Part shown: piece by piece, positions 9,963 to 18,875 of the stretch
How the letters are laid out: every line of letters begins with the position of its first letter
Position numbering within the stretch: the first letter of the stretch is position 1
Source: Actinomycetota bacterium
Lineage (GTDB): Bacteria; Actinomycetota; Actinomycetes; S36-B12
Direction: 5' to 3'
Assembly (NCBI GenBank): GCA_046046455.1
Contig: JBJOJS010000116.1
Location: 8,202 to 72,201 of the forward strand
DNA length: 64,000 bases
Notes under the pieces: model-generated
Database searches by the model: none
What the model saw: the letters and a program-made list of their open reading frames with translations, nothing else
What the model was told of the DNA's origin: nothing
Made by a program: the position numbers and the translations under genes

Positions 9963-10444
9963 GCGCGGGCGGTGAGCCCGAGCCCGAGCGCGGAGGTGCG
10001 CACACTTACCGCGGGGCAGTGAGATGGGAGTACTCCCCCGAGATGGACGGTGATCCCGATCCGGGCGAGATCGTGTGGACGTGGGTCGCCTTCGAGGAGG
10101 ACTCCCGCACGGGCAAGGACCGCCCGATGGCCATCCTGGGTCGCGCGGAGGATCACCGACTCGTCGGGTTGATGCTGTCGAGCCGCGATCACGCGGGTGA
10201 TCGGGACTGGCTCGCAATCGGATCCGGTCCCTGGGACCGCGAGGGTCGGCCGAGTTGGCTACGGCGCAATCGCCTGCTTGCCGTATCCGCCGACGCCGTG
10301 CGTCGCGAGGGAGCCGTCCTGCCGCGGGCGACGTACGACGCCGTCATCGCCGCCGTGGGCGCTCCTGCACCTGCGACCCCGGAGCCGCGCACATGGAGCC
10401 TGCGCGACGGGCTGCGCCGAATCCTCGGCCGTCCGCTGCCCTAG
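9959..10444 (+). CDS. Actinobacterial PemK/MazF-like protein
   Basis: YSPEMDGDPDPGEIVWTWVAFEED, GKDRP, LMLSS, IGSGPWDREGRPSW, VRREGAVL; ATGA overlap with the upstream gene. Confidence 0.75.
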   Translation: MSAGGEPEPERGGAHTYRGAVRWEYSPEMDGDPDPGEIVWTWVAFEEDSRTGKDRPMAILGRAEDHRLVGLMLSSRDHAGDRDWLAIGSGPWDREGRPSWLRRNRLLAVSADAVRREGAVLPRATYDAVIAAVGAPAPATPEPRTWSLRDGLRRILGRPLP

Positions 10445-10478
10445 CCGGTGACGCGCCCAGGGCTGGCACACTGGAGCC

Positions 10479-10673
10479 ATGGCCGACGACAAGGACACCC
10501 CCGCGGCGGACGCTCCCAGCGATGACCCAAAGGAGCGCTACCGCCAGGCGCTCGAGCGCAAGAAGGCTCAGGGTGGCCATCAAGGCCACGGTCAGGCGTC
10601 GTCAGGCAACTCGGCGAAGGGCTCGTCGGCCAAGGCCGGCGGCAAGCGGGAGTTTCGCCGCAAGAGCGGCTAG
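10479..10673 (+). CDS. Small basic protein, DUF5302-like
   Basis: KERYRQALERKK ... C-terminal REFRRKSG. Confidence 0.75.
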   Translation: MADDKDTPAADAPSDDPKERYRQALERKKAQGGHQGHGQASSGNSAKGSSAKAGGKREFRRKSG

Positions 10674-10697
10674 CAACCCTCGCTGCCCGCGGCGTAG

Positions 10698-10759
10698 GCC
10701 GAGTGTGCACTTGTGCACCTCCGACGGGCTCCTGTCAGCGGCACAAGTGCACACTCGGC
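10698..10759. repeat. Perfect 19-bp inverted repeat between convergent genes (REP-like or bidirectional terminator)
   Basis: GCCGAGTGTGCACTTGTGC (10698-10716) and GCACAAGTGCACACTCGGC (10741-10759). Confidence 0.85.
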
Positions 10760-10794
10760 ATATTCCGTGCCTCGCAGCATCGCCGAACGAGCGG

Positions 10795-12594
10795 CTAGTA
10801 GCCCTCGCTGCCGACGCCCTTGTGCACGGTGAAGAGATTGGTCGGGTCGTACTTCTTCTTCACACTGAGCAGGCGCGGATAGTTGCTGCCCCAGAACTCG
10901 GTCTGCCACCCCTCCTGGAAGTAGTTGCCCTCGTTCGAATACGAGCCACCACCCGGCGTCGCCCTGTGGACAAACGACGAAGCCGTCATCACGCCGTCGT
11001 ACTGAGCTTGCGACACGGCACGGTCGGGCTCGTGGCCCGCGATCCCGGGGTACTTGCTCTGCTTCCACGCACCGACGGTGATGAAGGCGACGTTGTCGAA
11101 GACCGCCGGATTGATGGAGGTGGTGAGGTCGCGCGCCTTTGCCTCGGGGTGCTCGCCGTACAGGGCCTTGTTGGTCTGCCACAGGATGAGCGAGGTGCGT
11201 GAGGCGTCGAAGAGTCCCTGGGCGAGGGTCCGCGCCTTGTCGCCCTGCGTCATCGACCACGGCACGCCGCGCCCGTCATAGGCGCCCCAGTACGCCGCGA
11301 CCTCGGCGGCATTGCCGGTCCACCAGAAGTAGCCCGCGGGCGCATTGCGGCGGTTGTCGAAGATCGCCTCGGTGACGGTGGGGTTCCAGCGATTGCGGAA
11401 GGGCTGGGAACTGAACTTCACGTCGACGGTGAAGTCCTCCGGGCGCGCGCGCAGGGGTGCGAGGAAGGGTTCCCACGCCGCCTGGGCTGCCTCGGTGGTG
11501 ATGTCGAGGAACGTCGTCCCGACCTGCATGACGTTGAGTCCCGTGTCGAACTTCTCCGCCATGGCGTAACCCTCGTTCAGGATGACACCCTCGCCCCAGA
11601 CGGGATCGATGAGCGTGGTCCCGGCGAACTCCACGTAGCGTTGGAGCAGCTCGAGGAAGGCCGCATCGGACTTGGCCGTGATCGGACCACCAATCCAGCC
11701 GGAGATGGTGGGTTCGGGATGCGCGAGGTAGGTCATGTGCGTGACGACGCCGAAGGTGCCGCCGCCGCCACCGCGCAACGCCCAGTAGAGGTCGGTGTTC
11801 TGATAGGCATTGGCCGTCACGATCTTGCCGTTCGCCAAGACGACGGTGAGTTCGAGGACTCCGGCAGCACCACTGCCGAATCGCTTGCTGAAGGAGCCGA
11901 AGCCTCCGCCGAGCGCGAATCCGCCGCACGCGCCCACGCTCGTGCATCCACCGCCCTGGATGTAGAGGCCGTTGGCCGAGGCGATCTTGTAGGCCTCGAG
12001 CCAGCGATTGCCCGCAGTGGTGGTCACGGCGTTCACCGGAGCAGTCCCCGGAGGGGCTCCCTTGGGCACGAAGGACTCCCTATGCACGGTGACCTGGCGC
12101 ATGTTGTGCGTCCAGATGAGGAGAGACCGCTCGTCACCGCAGGAGCGGCCGTAGTAGTCGTGACCCGTGCCTTTGACCACGAGCCGCACGCGATGCTTGC
12201 GCGCGAAGTCGATGCCTGCCTGGATGTCGGACGCACTCTCCGCGGCGACGGCGTACCCACTGGGTGTGGATGTCCATGCCTTGTACATGCCAGTCGACTG
12301 AGTGGCGCCAGCCTGCTCCTCGAGGTACCACGGGTTGCGGAACTTCGCGGGCACGGCCGCACCGGGCTTGAGATGGGCCCACGGCTGCTGCGGCCGGATC
12401 AGTCGCCTCCCCACCTTGCTGCGCAGCTCGTCCCACACCCTGGCATCGGGCCACTTCGTGTAGCCGCCGGACGATGCTGCGGGCGCGGCCTCGGCCGCAC
12501 CGGCCGGGAGGGCTGCGACGGCGGCAGCTCCCGCGGTTGCCCCGGCCGCGAGGCCGAGGAAGGTGCGACGACGCAGGTGCGGGGTTTCGGTCAT
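10795..12594 (-). CDS. Tat-exported FAD-binding oxidoreductase, berberine-bridge (BBE)-like
   Basis: Twin-arginine signal LRRRTFLG; KGTGHDYYGRS; LYWALRGGGGGTFGVVT; YSNE; FWGSNYPRLLSVKKKYDPTNLF. Confidence 0.85.
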   Translation of the reverse strand: MTETPHLRRRTFLGLAAGATAGAAAVAALPAGAAEAAPAASSGGYTKWPDARVWDELRSKVGRRLIRPQQPWAHLKPGAAVPAKFRNPWYLEEQAGATQSTGMYKAWTSTPSGYAVAAESASDIQAGIDFARKHRVRLVVKGTGHDYYGRSCGDERSLLIWTHNMRQVTVHRESFVPKGAPPGTAPVNAVTTTAGNRWLEAYKIASANGLYIQGGGCTSVGACGGFALGGGFGSFSKRFGSGAAGVLELTVVLANGKIVTANAYQNTDLYWALRGGGGGTFGVVTHMTYLAHPEPTISGWIGGPITAKSDAAFLELLQRYVEFAGTTLIDPVWGEGVILNEGYAMAEKFDTGLNVMQVGTTFLDITTEAAQAAWEPFLAPLRARPEDFTVDVKFSSQPFRNRWNPTVTEAIFDNRRNAPAGYFWWTGNAAEVAAYWGAYDGRGVPWSMTQGDKARTLAQGLFDASRTSLILWQTNKALYGEHPEAKARDLTTSINPAVFDNVAFITVGAWKQSKYPGIAGHEPDRAVSQAQYDGVMTASSFVHRATPGGGSYSNEGNYFQEGWQTEFWGSNYPRLLSVKKKYDPTNLFTVHKGVGSEGY

Positions 12595-12719
12595 GCGACG
12601 TGCATACCAGGGCGGAGCGGGTAGGTCGACACGTGCGCCGGGATAGACGGGGTAGCCCGACAAACCCGCCCCTCGCGTCTGGCACAGTGGGCGGCTCGTC
12701 GACCTGAGAGGGAGGTGCC

Positions 12720-13559
12720 ATGGGCGCCCTGCTCGCCCTGGTATCCAGCGTGGCCTGGGGCAGCGCCGACGTGGCCGGCGGACTCGGTGCGCGGCGGGTA
12801 GGCAGCGTCAGGGTCATCGCGGTCAACTATCCGGCCGGTGCGATCGTCCTCACGTTCTTCGCACTCCTCGTCGTCCCGGGGACCATCGACCAGACCGTCA
12901 TCCTCCTCTCGCTTGCGACCGCCGTGGTCGGCACGCTGGGCATGGTCCTGCTGTACGCCGCCCTCGCACTGGGACCGATGGGGATCGTTTCGCCTCTCAC
13001 CGCCATCGGCGGCGCCGCGGTCCCGGTCGCCGTCGGCATCGTGCGCGGTGAGCCGCTCACGGTGCCCTTCGTCATCGGTGCCGCACTCGCGGTCGTCGCG
13101 GTCGTCCTCGTCAGCCGCGAATCAGGGCCGCACGCCCGCATCACCCCTCGAGCGCTTCTGCTCTCCGCCGCGGCCGGCCTCGCGATCGGACTCTTCCTCA
13201 CCGCACTCGGGATCGCGCCCGAGGGATCCGGGGTCTGGGCGGCGACGCTGAGTCGATGGTGGTCGACCCTGGGCATGATCGCCGTCACCATCTACCTCTT
13301 CCGCCGTAGCGGCCGAGGGTCATGGCAGCCCTATCCGTGGGCCTTCGCTATCGGAGCCGGCGTGCTCGATGCCCTAGCCAACGGCTTGTTCCAGCTCGCC
13401 GCGCAGGATGGCGAACTCGCGGTCGTCGCCGTGATCGGGTCGCTCTACCCGGCCACCACGCTGCTCATCGCGCATTTCCTGCTCAAGGAGCGCATGTCTG
13501 CCGTGCAGTGGGGTGGCGTCGTGCTCGCACTGGGAGCGGTAGTCGCCCTCACCGTGTAG
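12720..13559 (+). CDS. EamA/DMT family transporter
   Basis: About ten TM segments; GPMGIVSP, SLYPATTLL...LKERM; GGAGG RBS. Confidence 0.85.
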   Translation: MGALLALVSSVAWGSADVAGGLGARRVGSVRVIAVNYPAGAIVLTFFALLVVPGTIDQTVILLSLATAVVGTLGMVLLYAALALGPMGIVSPLTAIGGAAVPVAVGIVRGEPLTVPFVIGAALAVVAVVLVSRESGPHARITPRALLLSAAAGLAIGLFLTALGIAPEGSGVWAATLSRWWSTLGMIAVTIYLFRRSGRGSWQPYPWAFAIGAGVLDALANGLFQLAAQDGELAVVAVIGSLYPATTLLIAHFLLKERMSAVQWGGVVLALGAVVALTV

Positions 13560-14670
13560 CGGCCAGCGCGGCGGCGCTGGCCTCAAGAATCGACTCGATA
13601 TCCGCGTCCTCGATCCCGCGGTGCGTCACCGCGCGTACCTGACCGTGCGGATAGGCCACCATTCCCACGCCGAGCTCCCGCAGCGCGGCGAGGTAGGCCG
13701 TCCGGCGAGCCGGACCCCCATCAACAGCGAACAGCACGAAGTTGGTCGCGACGCGATCAGGATCGAGTTGCGCCCCGTCGGGCTGCGCCAGGTGACCGGG
13801 CGAGACGATGCCGTCCTGCGCGCGCAGACCCTCGGCCAGCATCCGCGCACGCCGGTGGTCCTCTGCGAGGCGCTGCACCGTGCCGGCGGGACCGTCCTCG
13901 AGCGCGATGAGACCCGCAGCAGCGAGCACGCCGGCCTGCCGCAAGCCACCGCCGAGGAGCTTGCGCGCACGACGCGCGCGCCAGATGAAGTCCTGCGACC
14001 CGACCACGACACTCCCCACAGGAGCGCACAGCCCCTTGCTCAGGCAGAAGGTCGCGGAGTCCGCGTCACGCACGAGGTCGGCGACGGGCACATCGAGCGC
14101 CACCGCGGCATTGAACAGGCGGGCACCATCGACATGGATGGGGAGGTCAGCGGGCAGCGCCGCGCGAAGTCGCACCATGTAGTCGGGGGTGATCGGCCGA
14201 CTCATGGTGTGCGCATGGCAGTTCTCGACCACCACCAGGCTCGTGATGGGGCAGTGCGGGTCTCCGGAGTCCTGGATCGCGTCGAGTACGGCTTCGATCG
14301 GCATCTCGCCGTCGGAGGTCTCAGCGATAGGCCGCATTCCCGCCCCCGCGACCACGGCGTAATTGGCCGCCTCGTCGTTGAAGACGTGAGCCTCTGCTGG
14401 AGCGATGATCTCTCCCCCGCGCGGCACATGTGCCATCAGGCTGACGAGATTGCCCATGGTGCCCGAGGGGACGAAGAGTGCAGCCTCCTTGCCGAGAAGC
14501 TGCGCGGCGCGCGCCTCGAGGGCGAGGATCGTGGGGTCATCACCAAAGACGTCGTCGCCCACGGGTGCCTGCGCCATCGCCGACCGCATGGCCGGGGTGG
14601 GATGCGTGACCGTGTCGGAGCGCACGTCGATCCTGGGAGCCCGTGGCCACTGAGGCTCGCCGTACGACAT
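13549..14670 (-). CDS. ltaE: Low-specificity L-threonine aldolase
   Basis: DVRSDTVT, GDDVFGDDP, PSGTMGN, HVDGAR, CLSKGL (PLP lysine), RKLLGGG. Confidence 0.9.
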   Translation of the reverse strand: MSYGEPQWPRAPRIDVRSDTVTHPTPAMRSAMAQAPVGDDVFGDDPTILALEARAAQLLGKEAALFVPSGTMGNLVSLMAHVPRGGEIIAPAEAHVFNDEAANYAVVAGAGMRPIAETSDGEMPIEAVLDAIQDSGDPHCPITSLVVVENCHAHTMSRPITPDYMVRLRAALPADLPIHVDGARLFNAAVALDVPVADLVRDADSATFCLSKGLCAPVGSVVVGSQDFIWRARRARKLLGGGLRQAGVLAAAGLIALEDGPAGTVQRLAEDHRRARMLAEGLRAQDGIVSPGHLAQPDGAQLDPDRVATNFVLFAVDGGPARRTAYLAALRELGVGMVAYPHGQVRAVTHRGIEDADIESILEASAAALAATR

Positions 14671-14679
14671 GGCCCGACC

Positions 14680-16164
14680 CTAGTCGCAGACGGTTCCGGG
14701 CTCGGGGAGTGCACCGTCGATGAGGAATTCGTCGACCACCGCGTCGGTGCAGTCCGAGCCCTCGCGATAGGCCGTGTGCCCATCACCCTCGCGCACGAGC
14801 AGTACGGCGTCACCGAGCTGGGCGACGAGGACCTCTCCCCACTCGAACGGAGTCGCGGGATCGTGCGTCGTCGCGACGACAAGGATCGTCGGCGGCACAC
14901 CCACGGGCTCCGGGGGCGGCGACGCCGTCACCGAGGCGCAGGGCACGTTGCCCCATGCGAGGTACTCGCCGAGGAAAGGCGCCGCGGTCGCGAGACGATC
15001 GACGGATGCCTCGATGTCCGTCGGGGCCACTCGATCACGACACGAGATCGCATAGAACGCGTCGAACGCGTTGTCGCGATAGCTCCCATCGGATGCCCGG
15101 CCGATGCGCTCGTCGAGCATGCGCTGCAGCGGTGTGCCATCGCCAGCGACGAGCGAGGCGAGCGCATCTCGCAACTGCGGTCGATCGCTGACGCGGTAGA
15201 GCGACATGAGGATCGCGTAGGTCGCCGCAGCCTCCGTGAGCGGACGCTCCGGGTCTCCCGTGGGCGCCGGTGCGGCATCGAGACCCTCGAGCACCTCGCG
15301 CAGGCGGGCCAACCCGACCTCGGCATCCGGGTCTTCGCCCAGCGGGCAGTCCCCCTCTGCCGCGCAGTACTCCACGAAGCGGCGCAGTGAGTCCTCGAAG
15401 CCCCGGGCCTGCCCGAGGGTGAGTTCCTCCGCATCGAGATCGGCAGGAAGTGGCCCGTCGAGCACGAATCTGCCCACGCGTCCGGGGAAGAGTGCGGCGT
15501 ACGTCGCTCCGAGATGAGTGCCGTAGGACACACCGAGATAGTCGAGCCGCTCCTCTCCGAGAGCAGCGCGCAATACGTCGAGATCGCGGGCCGCATCCGC
15601 GGTCGACATGTGGTCGAGCAGCCCTTCGACAGGTGCGGTGCACTCCAGCAGTGCGCTCGCGCCCATGAGGGCATCGATCTCGGCCGGACTGTCGGGCGTG
15701 CCATCGATGGAGATGAGCCGATCGAATCCGGCATCATCCGAGCAGTCGACAGGTGCCGACTGACCGACTCCACGAGGATCGAAGCCGACGACGTCGAAGG
15801 CATCGTGCACCTCCTCGGTCACGATCGCACTTGTGGCGCGCGCGTACTCGAGGCCGCTCGACCCTGGTCCTCCGGGATTCACGACGAGTGACCCTCGGGC
15901 ATCACCGGTCGCTGGGCTGCGCAGCACGGCGATGTCCAGGGTTGCGCCATTCGGATCCGTGTAATCCACGGGCACGACCAGGCTGGCGCACTCGAAGCCG
16001 TCGCAGTCGGTCCAGGCGAGCTGCTGCTCGTAGAAGCGCGCAAGATCGGGTGCCGGTGGACTCGGAGTCGACGACGGTGTCGCCGGGGTCGCCGCTGGGG
16101 CCGCGCACGCGGCAAGGACGCCCATGAGCAGCGTCGCCCCGACGACCGGCACGCGAGACCCCAC
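14680..16164 (-). CDS. Lipoprotein alpha/beta hydrolase, TAP-like peptidase
   Basis: Lipobox LAAC, NPGGPG, FDPRGVG, GVSYG, HDPATP, GDGHT. Confidence 0.85.
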   Translation of the reverse strand: MGSRVPVVGATLLMGVLAACAAPAATPATPSSTPSPPAPDLARFYEQQLAWTDCDGFECASLVVPVDYTDPNGATLDIAVLRSPATGDARGSLVVNPGGPGSSGLEYARATSAIVTEEVHDAFDVVGFDPRGVGQSAPVDCSDDAGFDRLISIDGTPDSPAEIDALMGASALLECTAPVEGLLDHMSTADAARDLDVLRAALGEERLDYLGVSYGTHLGATYAALFPGRVGRFVLDGPLPADLDAEELTLGQARGFEDSLRRFVEYCAAEGDCPLGEDPDAEVGLARLREVLEGLDAAPAPTGDPERPLTEAAATYAILMSLYRVSDRPQLRDALASLVAGDGTPLQRMLDERIGRASDGSYRDNAFDAFYAISCRDRVAPTDIEASVDRLATAAPFLGEYLAWGNVPCASVTASPPPEPVGVPPTILVVATTHDPATPFEWGEVLVAQLGDAVLLVREGDGHTAYREGSDCTDAVVDEFLIDGALPEPGTVCD

Positions 16165-16230
16165 CCGGGGAGGCTACGTGCGCGATGGCCGCGGATGCCA
16201 TGCGGGGCATCCACGGCGTAACGTGGATGC

Positions 16231-17073
16231 ATGGCCAGCGACCGCGACCAGTTCGCCCGCGTCGTGCAGACGAGTATCGCGCGCGGCATGGATGTCGTGG
16301 ATGCCTGGCGCCTCGCCCGGTCCCAGCGGCCCAGTGCGCAGGCCCGCGCGCTCCAGGCGGAGGAGCAACGACGACTCGCCGAGCAGCAGCGGGCCCTGCG
16401 ACGACACCAGCGCCGCGCTCGGATGCTGGACAACGAGGTCACCGGCGGCACGGCGGTGGCCGGGGTCGCCGGCACCCTCGGCGTCCTCGACATCGTCCTG
16501 GAGAGCACCGCGTCGACCGCCGGCGTCTACGGGCCCGCGTGGGTGTGGGTCGTACTCGCCGCCGGCGGTGGAGTCGTCGCCGCCGTCGCGCGCCGCAAGC
16601 GTGCGCAGCTCCCACCCGCACCGCGCGTCGACGCGGTCACCCTCGCGCCCGTGGCCATTCCACCCGATGCCATCGGAGCGGAGCAGGCCCAGCGCCTCAC
16701 CTCACTGCGCCTGCAGCTCACGCAGGTCATCCCGGCAATAGAGCGACTCCATTCCGGCGCCGCTGCAGACCTACGCCGCGCTGACCTCGAGGCAGCACCG
16801 CAGTTGCACGCGCTGGTTGATCGACTCGTGGTGCTGCACGGCATCCGCATCGAGATGGCCGGCACGCAGGCGGAGGCGGCGGCGACCTCGGCGGCGGTCG
16901 AGGTCCGCGAACGACTCTCGACGGGATGCGCGACGTATGAGCGACTCATCACCGCGTCCGCGACGATGCTGGCCGCGCCGGATATTGCCCGCGGGACGGA
17001 CGAGGTACTCATGCCCGCCCTCGAGGGTCTTGCCGCCTACACGCACGGACTCAAGCGGGCCGCTAACTCCTAG
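16231..17073 (+). CDS. Membrane protein resembling phage-shock protein PspM (Rv2743c-like)
   Basis: Basic segment, two TM helices, Pro-rich linker, helical C-terminus RLSTGCATYERLITASATML...LAAYTHGL that recalls the PspM C-terminus. Confidence 0.6.
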   Translation: MASDRDQFARVVQTSIARGMDVVDAWRLARSQRPSAQARALQAEEQRRLAEQQRALRRHQRRARMLDNEVTGGTAVAGVAGTLGVLDIVLESTASTAGVYGPAWVWVVLAAGGGVVAAVARRKRAQLPPAPRVDAVTLAPVAIPPDAIGAEQAQRLTSLRLQLTQVIPAIERLHSGAAADLRRADLEAAPQLHALVDRLVVLHGIRIEMAGTQAEAAATSAAVEVRERLSTGCATYERLITASATMLAAPDIARGTDEVLMPALEGLAAYTHGLKRAANS

Positions 17074-18236
17074 CGGACCCGGACCAGCGGGTCCTTGACC
17101 TCGACCAGCATCGACTCGAGCACCAGGGGCAGCGCACCGTTGGCCTGCACGGCGAGACGCCCGCGCTCGATCGCATCGAGACGACGACCGGTGTCGGTGG
17201 CTGTGCTCGTAGCAGCCTCATGGGTCAACTGCGTGCGCATCTCGTCGTTGACCAGCGGCACTCCCGCATCGAGCTGCAGGACGAGGACGTCCCGGTAGTA
17301 GGTGAGCAGATCGACGAGTGCACGATCGAGTTGATCTCGGACGGCACGCTTGCGACGACTCGCCTGCATCTTGCGCAGTTCCTTCAGCGCACGGTCGGCC
17401 AGTTTGTCGAATCGTGCCTTGGTGACACCCTCCGCGCCAGCGCCATAGGCCCGCATGAGCGACTCCTCCTCGCCGGCATCGAGAGCGTCGGTGATGCTGG
17501 CGGCGTCCTCGGTCGCCATCGCGAGCAGTTCCTCTGCTGCGGCAAAGCACGAGGACAGGTCCCGCAGCCCATCCGGGATCCGCAGCACATCCTGGCGCCG
17601 GCGGCGCGCCTCATCGTCCGTCGCGAGCGCGCGCGCTCGGCCGATGTGCCCCTGGGAGGCGCGTGCGGCAAACGCGGCCATGGCCGGATCGACCCCGTAA
17701 CGGTCGCGTAGGGCATCGGCGACCTCCGCGGTCGACGGAGTGCGCAGATGCACCGACCGCGTCCGTGACCGGATCGTGGGGAGCACATCCTCGGGGCTCG
17801 GTGCGCACAGCAGCCACACCAGATGCGGTGGCGGCTCCTCGAGGACCTTCAGCAGGACATTGACGGCCTGCTCCGTGAGGCGATCAGCGTCCTCGATGAC
17901 CACGATGTGCCAGGGCGCATCAGCGGGCACCACTGCCGCCTTGACGACGAGGTCGCGCGCGTCCTCGACGCCGTAGCTCAGAGTCTCGGAGCGGACAAGA
18001 TCGACATCGGGATGCGAACCTGCGACCGCGGTGGTGCAGATCGAACAGGCACCGCACCCCTGATCAGGGCACTGGAGCGCAGCGGCAAAAGCCGCCGCAG
18101 CTGTAGAACGCCCCGACCCGGGCGGGCCGGTGATGAGCCACGCGTGCGTCATCGCCGCCGGATCCGCCGCGGCGTGGGCAAGCTCTTCGACGACCGCGTC
18201 CTGACCGATCAGGGAGTCCCAGACGCTCGGCGCCAT
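17070..18236 (-). CDS. holB: DNA polymerase III subunit delta'
   Basis: VWDSLIGQ, HAWLITGPPGSGRS, CxxC, HPDV, LLKVLEEPP, TIRSR; follows tmk. Confidence 0.93.
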   Translation of the reverse strand: MAPSVWDSLIGQDAVVEELAHAAADPAAMTHAWLITGPPGSGRSTAAAAFAAALQCPDQGCGACSICTTAVAGSHPDVDLVRSETLSYGVEDARDLVVKAAVVPADAPWHIVVIEDADRLTEQAVNVLLKVLEEPPPHLVWLLCAPSPEDVLPTIRSRTRSVHLRTPSTAEVADALRDRYGVDPAMAAFAARASQGHIGRARALATDDEARRRRQDVLRIPDGLRDLSSCFAAAEELLAMATEDAASITDALDAGEEESLMRAYGAGAEGVTKARFDKLADRALKELRKMQASRRKRAVRDQLDRALVDLLTYYRDVLVLQLDAGVPLVNDEMRTQLTHEAATSTATDTGRRLDAIERGRLAVQANGALPLVLESMLVEVKDPLVRVR

Positions 18237-18856
18237 CAGGCGTCGCCCACCAGCGCGCTCACGGCCACGGCGATCTCCACGGCGAGATCCTCGGCTGGCC
18301 GCGAGCCGTCGAGCACGAGGTAGCGGTCCGGAGTCGCTGCGGCGATGTCGAGAAAGGCCTGGCGCACCCGTGCATGCCACTCGAGTGGCTCGGACTCCAG
18401 GCGATCGGGGCCGACGACGCGCGCGAGCCCCAGCGCAGGATCGACGTCGAGCACGATGGTGAGGTCGGGCACGAGTCCACCGGTGGCCCACAGGCTCAAC
18501 TCCGCGACGCGCTCAGCACCGAGTCCGCGGGCGACCCCCTGGTAGGCGACAGACGAGTCGAGGAAGCGATCCGAGATGACGATCTCCCCCTGCTCCAGGG
18601 CGGGACGGATGACGCGAGCCGCGTGATCGCCGCGCGCAGCGGCGAAGAGCAATGCCTCTGCGCGATCATCGAGACCGGCGTTGGCGGGATCGAGAAGCAC
18701 CTCGCGGATGGCCTCGGCAACGGGGGTGCCTCCTGGCTCACGGGTGCGGCGCACCCGATGGCCGCGGGCTTCGAGGTAGTCGGCGAGTGCGCTCGACTGC
18801 GTCGACTTGCCCGCGCCCTCGCCGCCCTCGAAGACGATGAAGCACGCTGCGGTCAC
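18236..18856 (-). CDS. tmk: Thymidylate kinase
   Basis: FIVFEGGEGAGKST, TREPGGT, SDRFLDSSVAYQG, PDLT. Confidence 0.95.
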   Translation of the reverse strand: MTAACFIVFEGGEGAGKSTQSSALADYLEARGHRVRRTREPGGTPVAEAIREVLLDPANAGLDDRAEALLFAAARGDHAARVIRPALEQGEIVISDRFLDSSVAYQGVARGLGAERVAELSLWATGGLVPDLTIVLDVDPALGLARVVGPDRLESEPLEWHARVRQAFLDIAAATPDRYLVLDGSRPAEDLAVEIAVAVSALVGDA

Positions 18857-18875
18857 GCCCCGAGCCTACGGGTGA

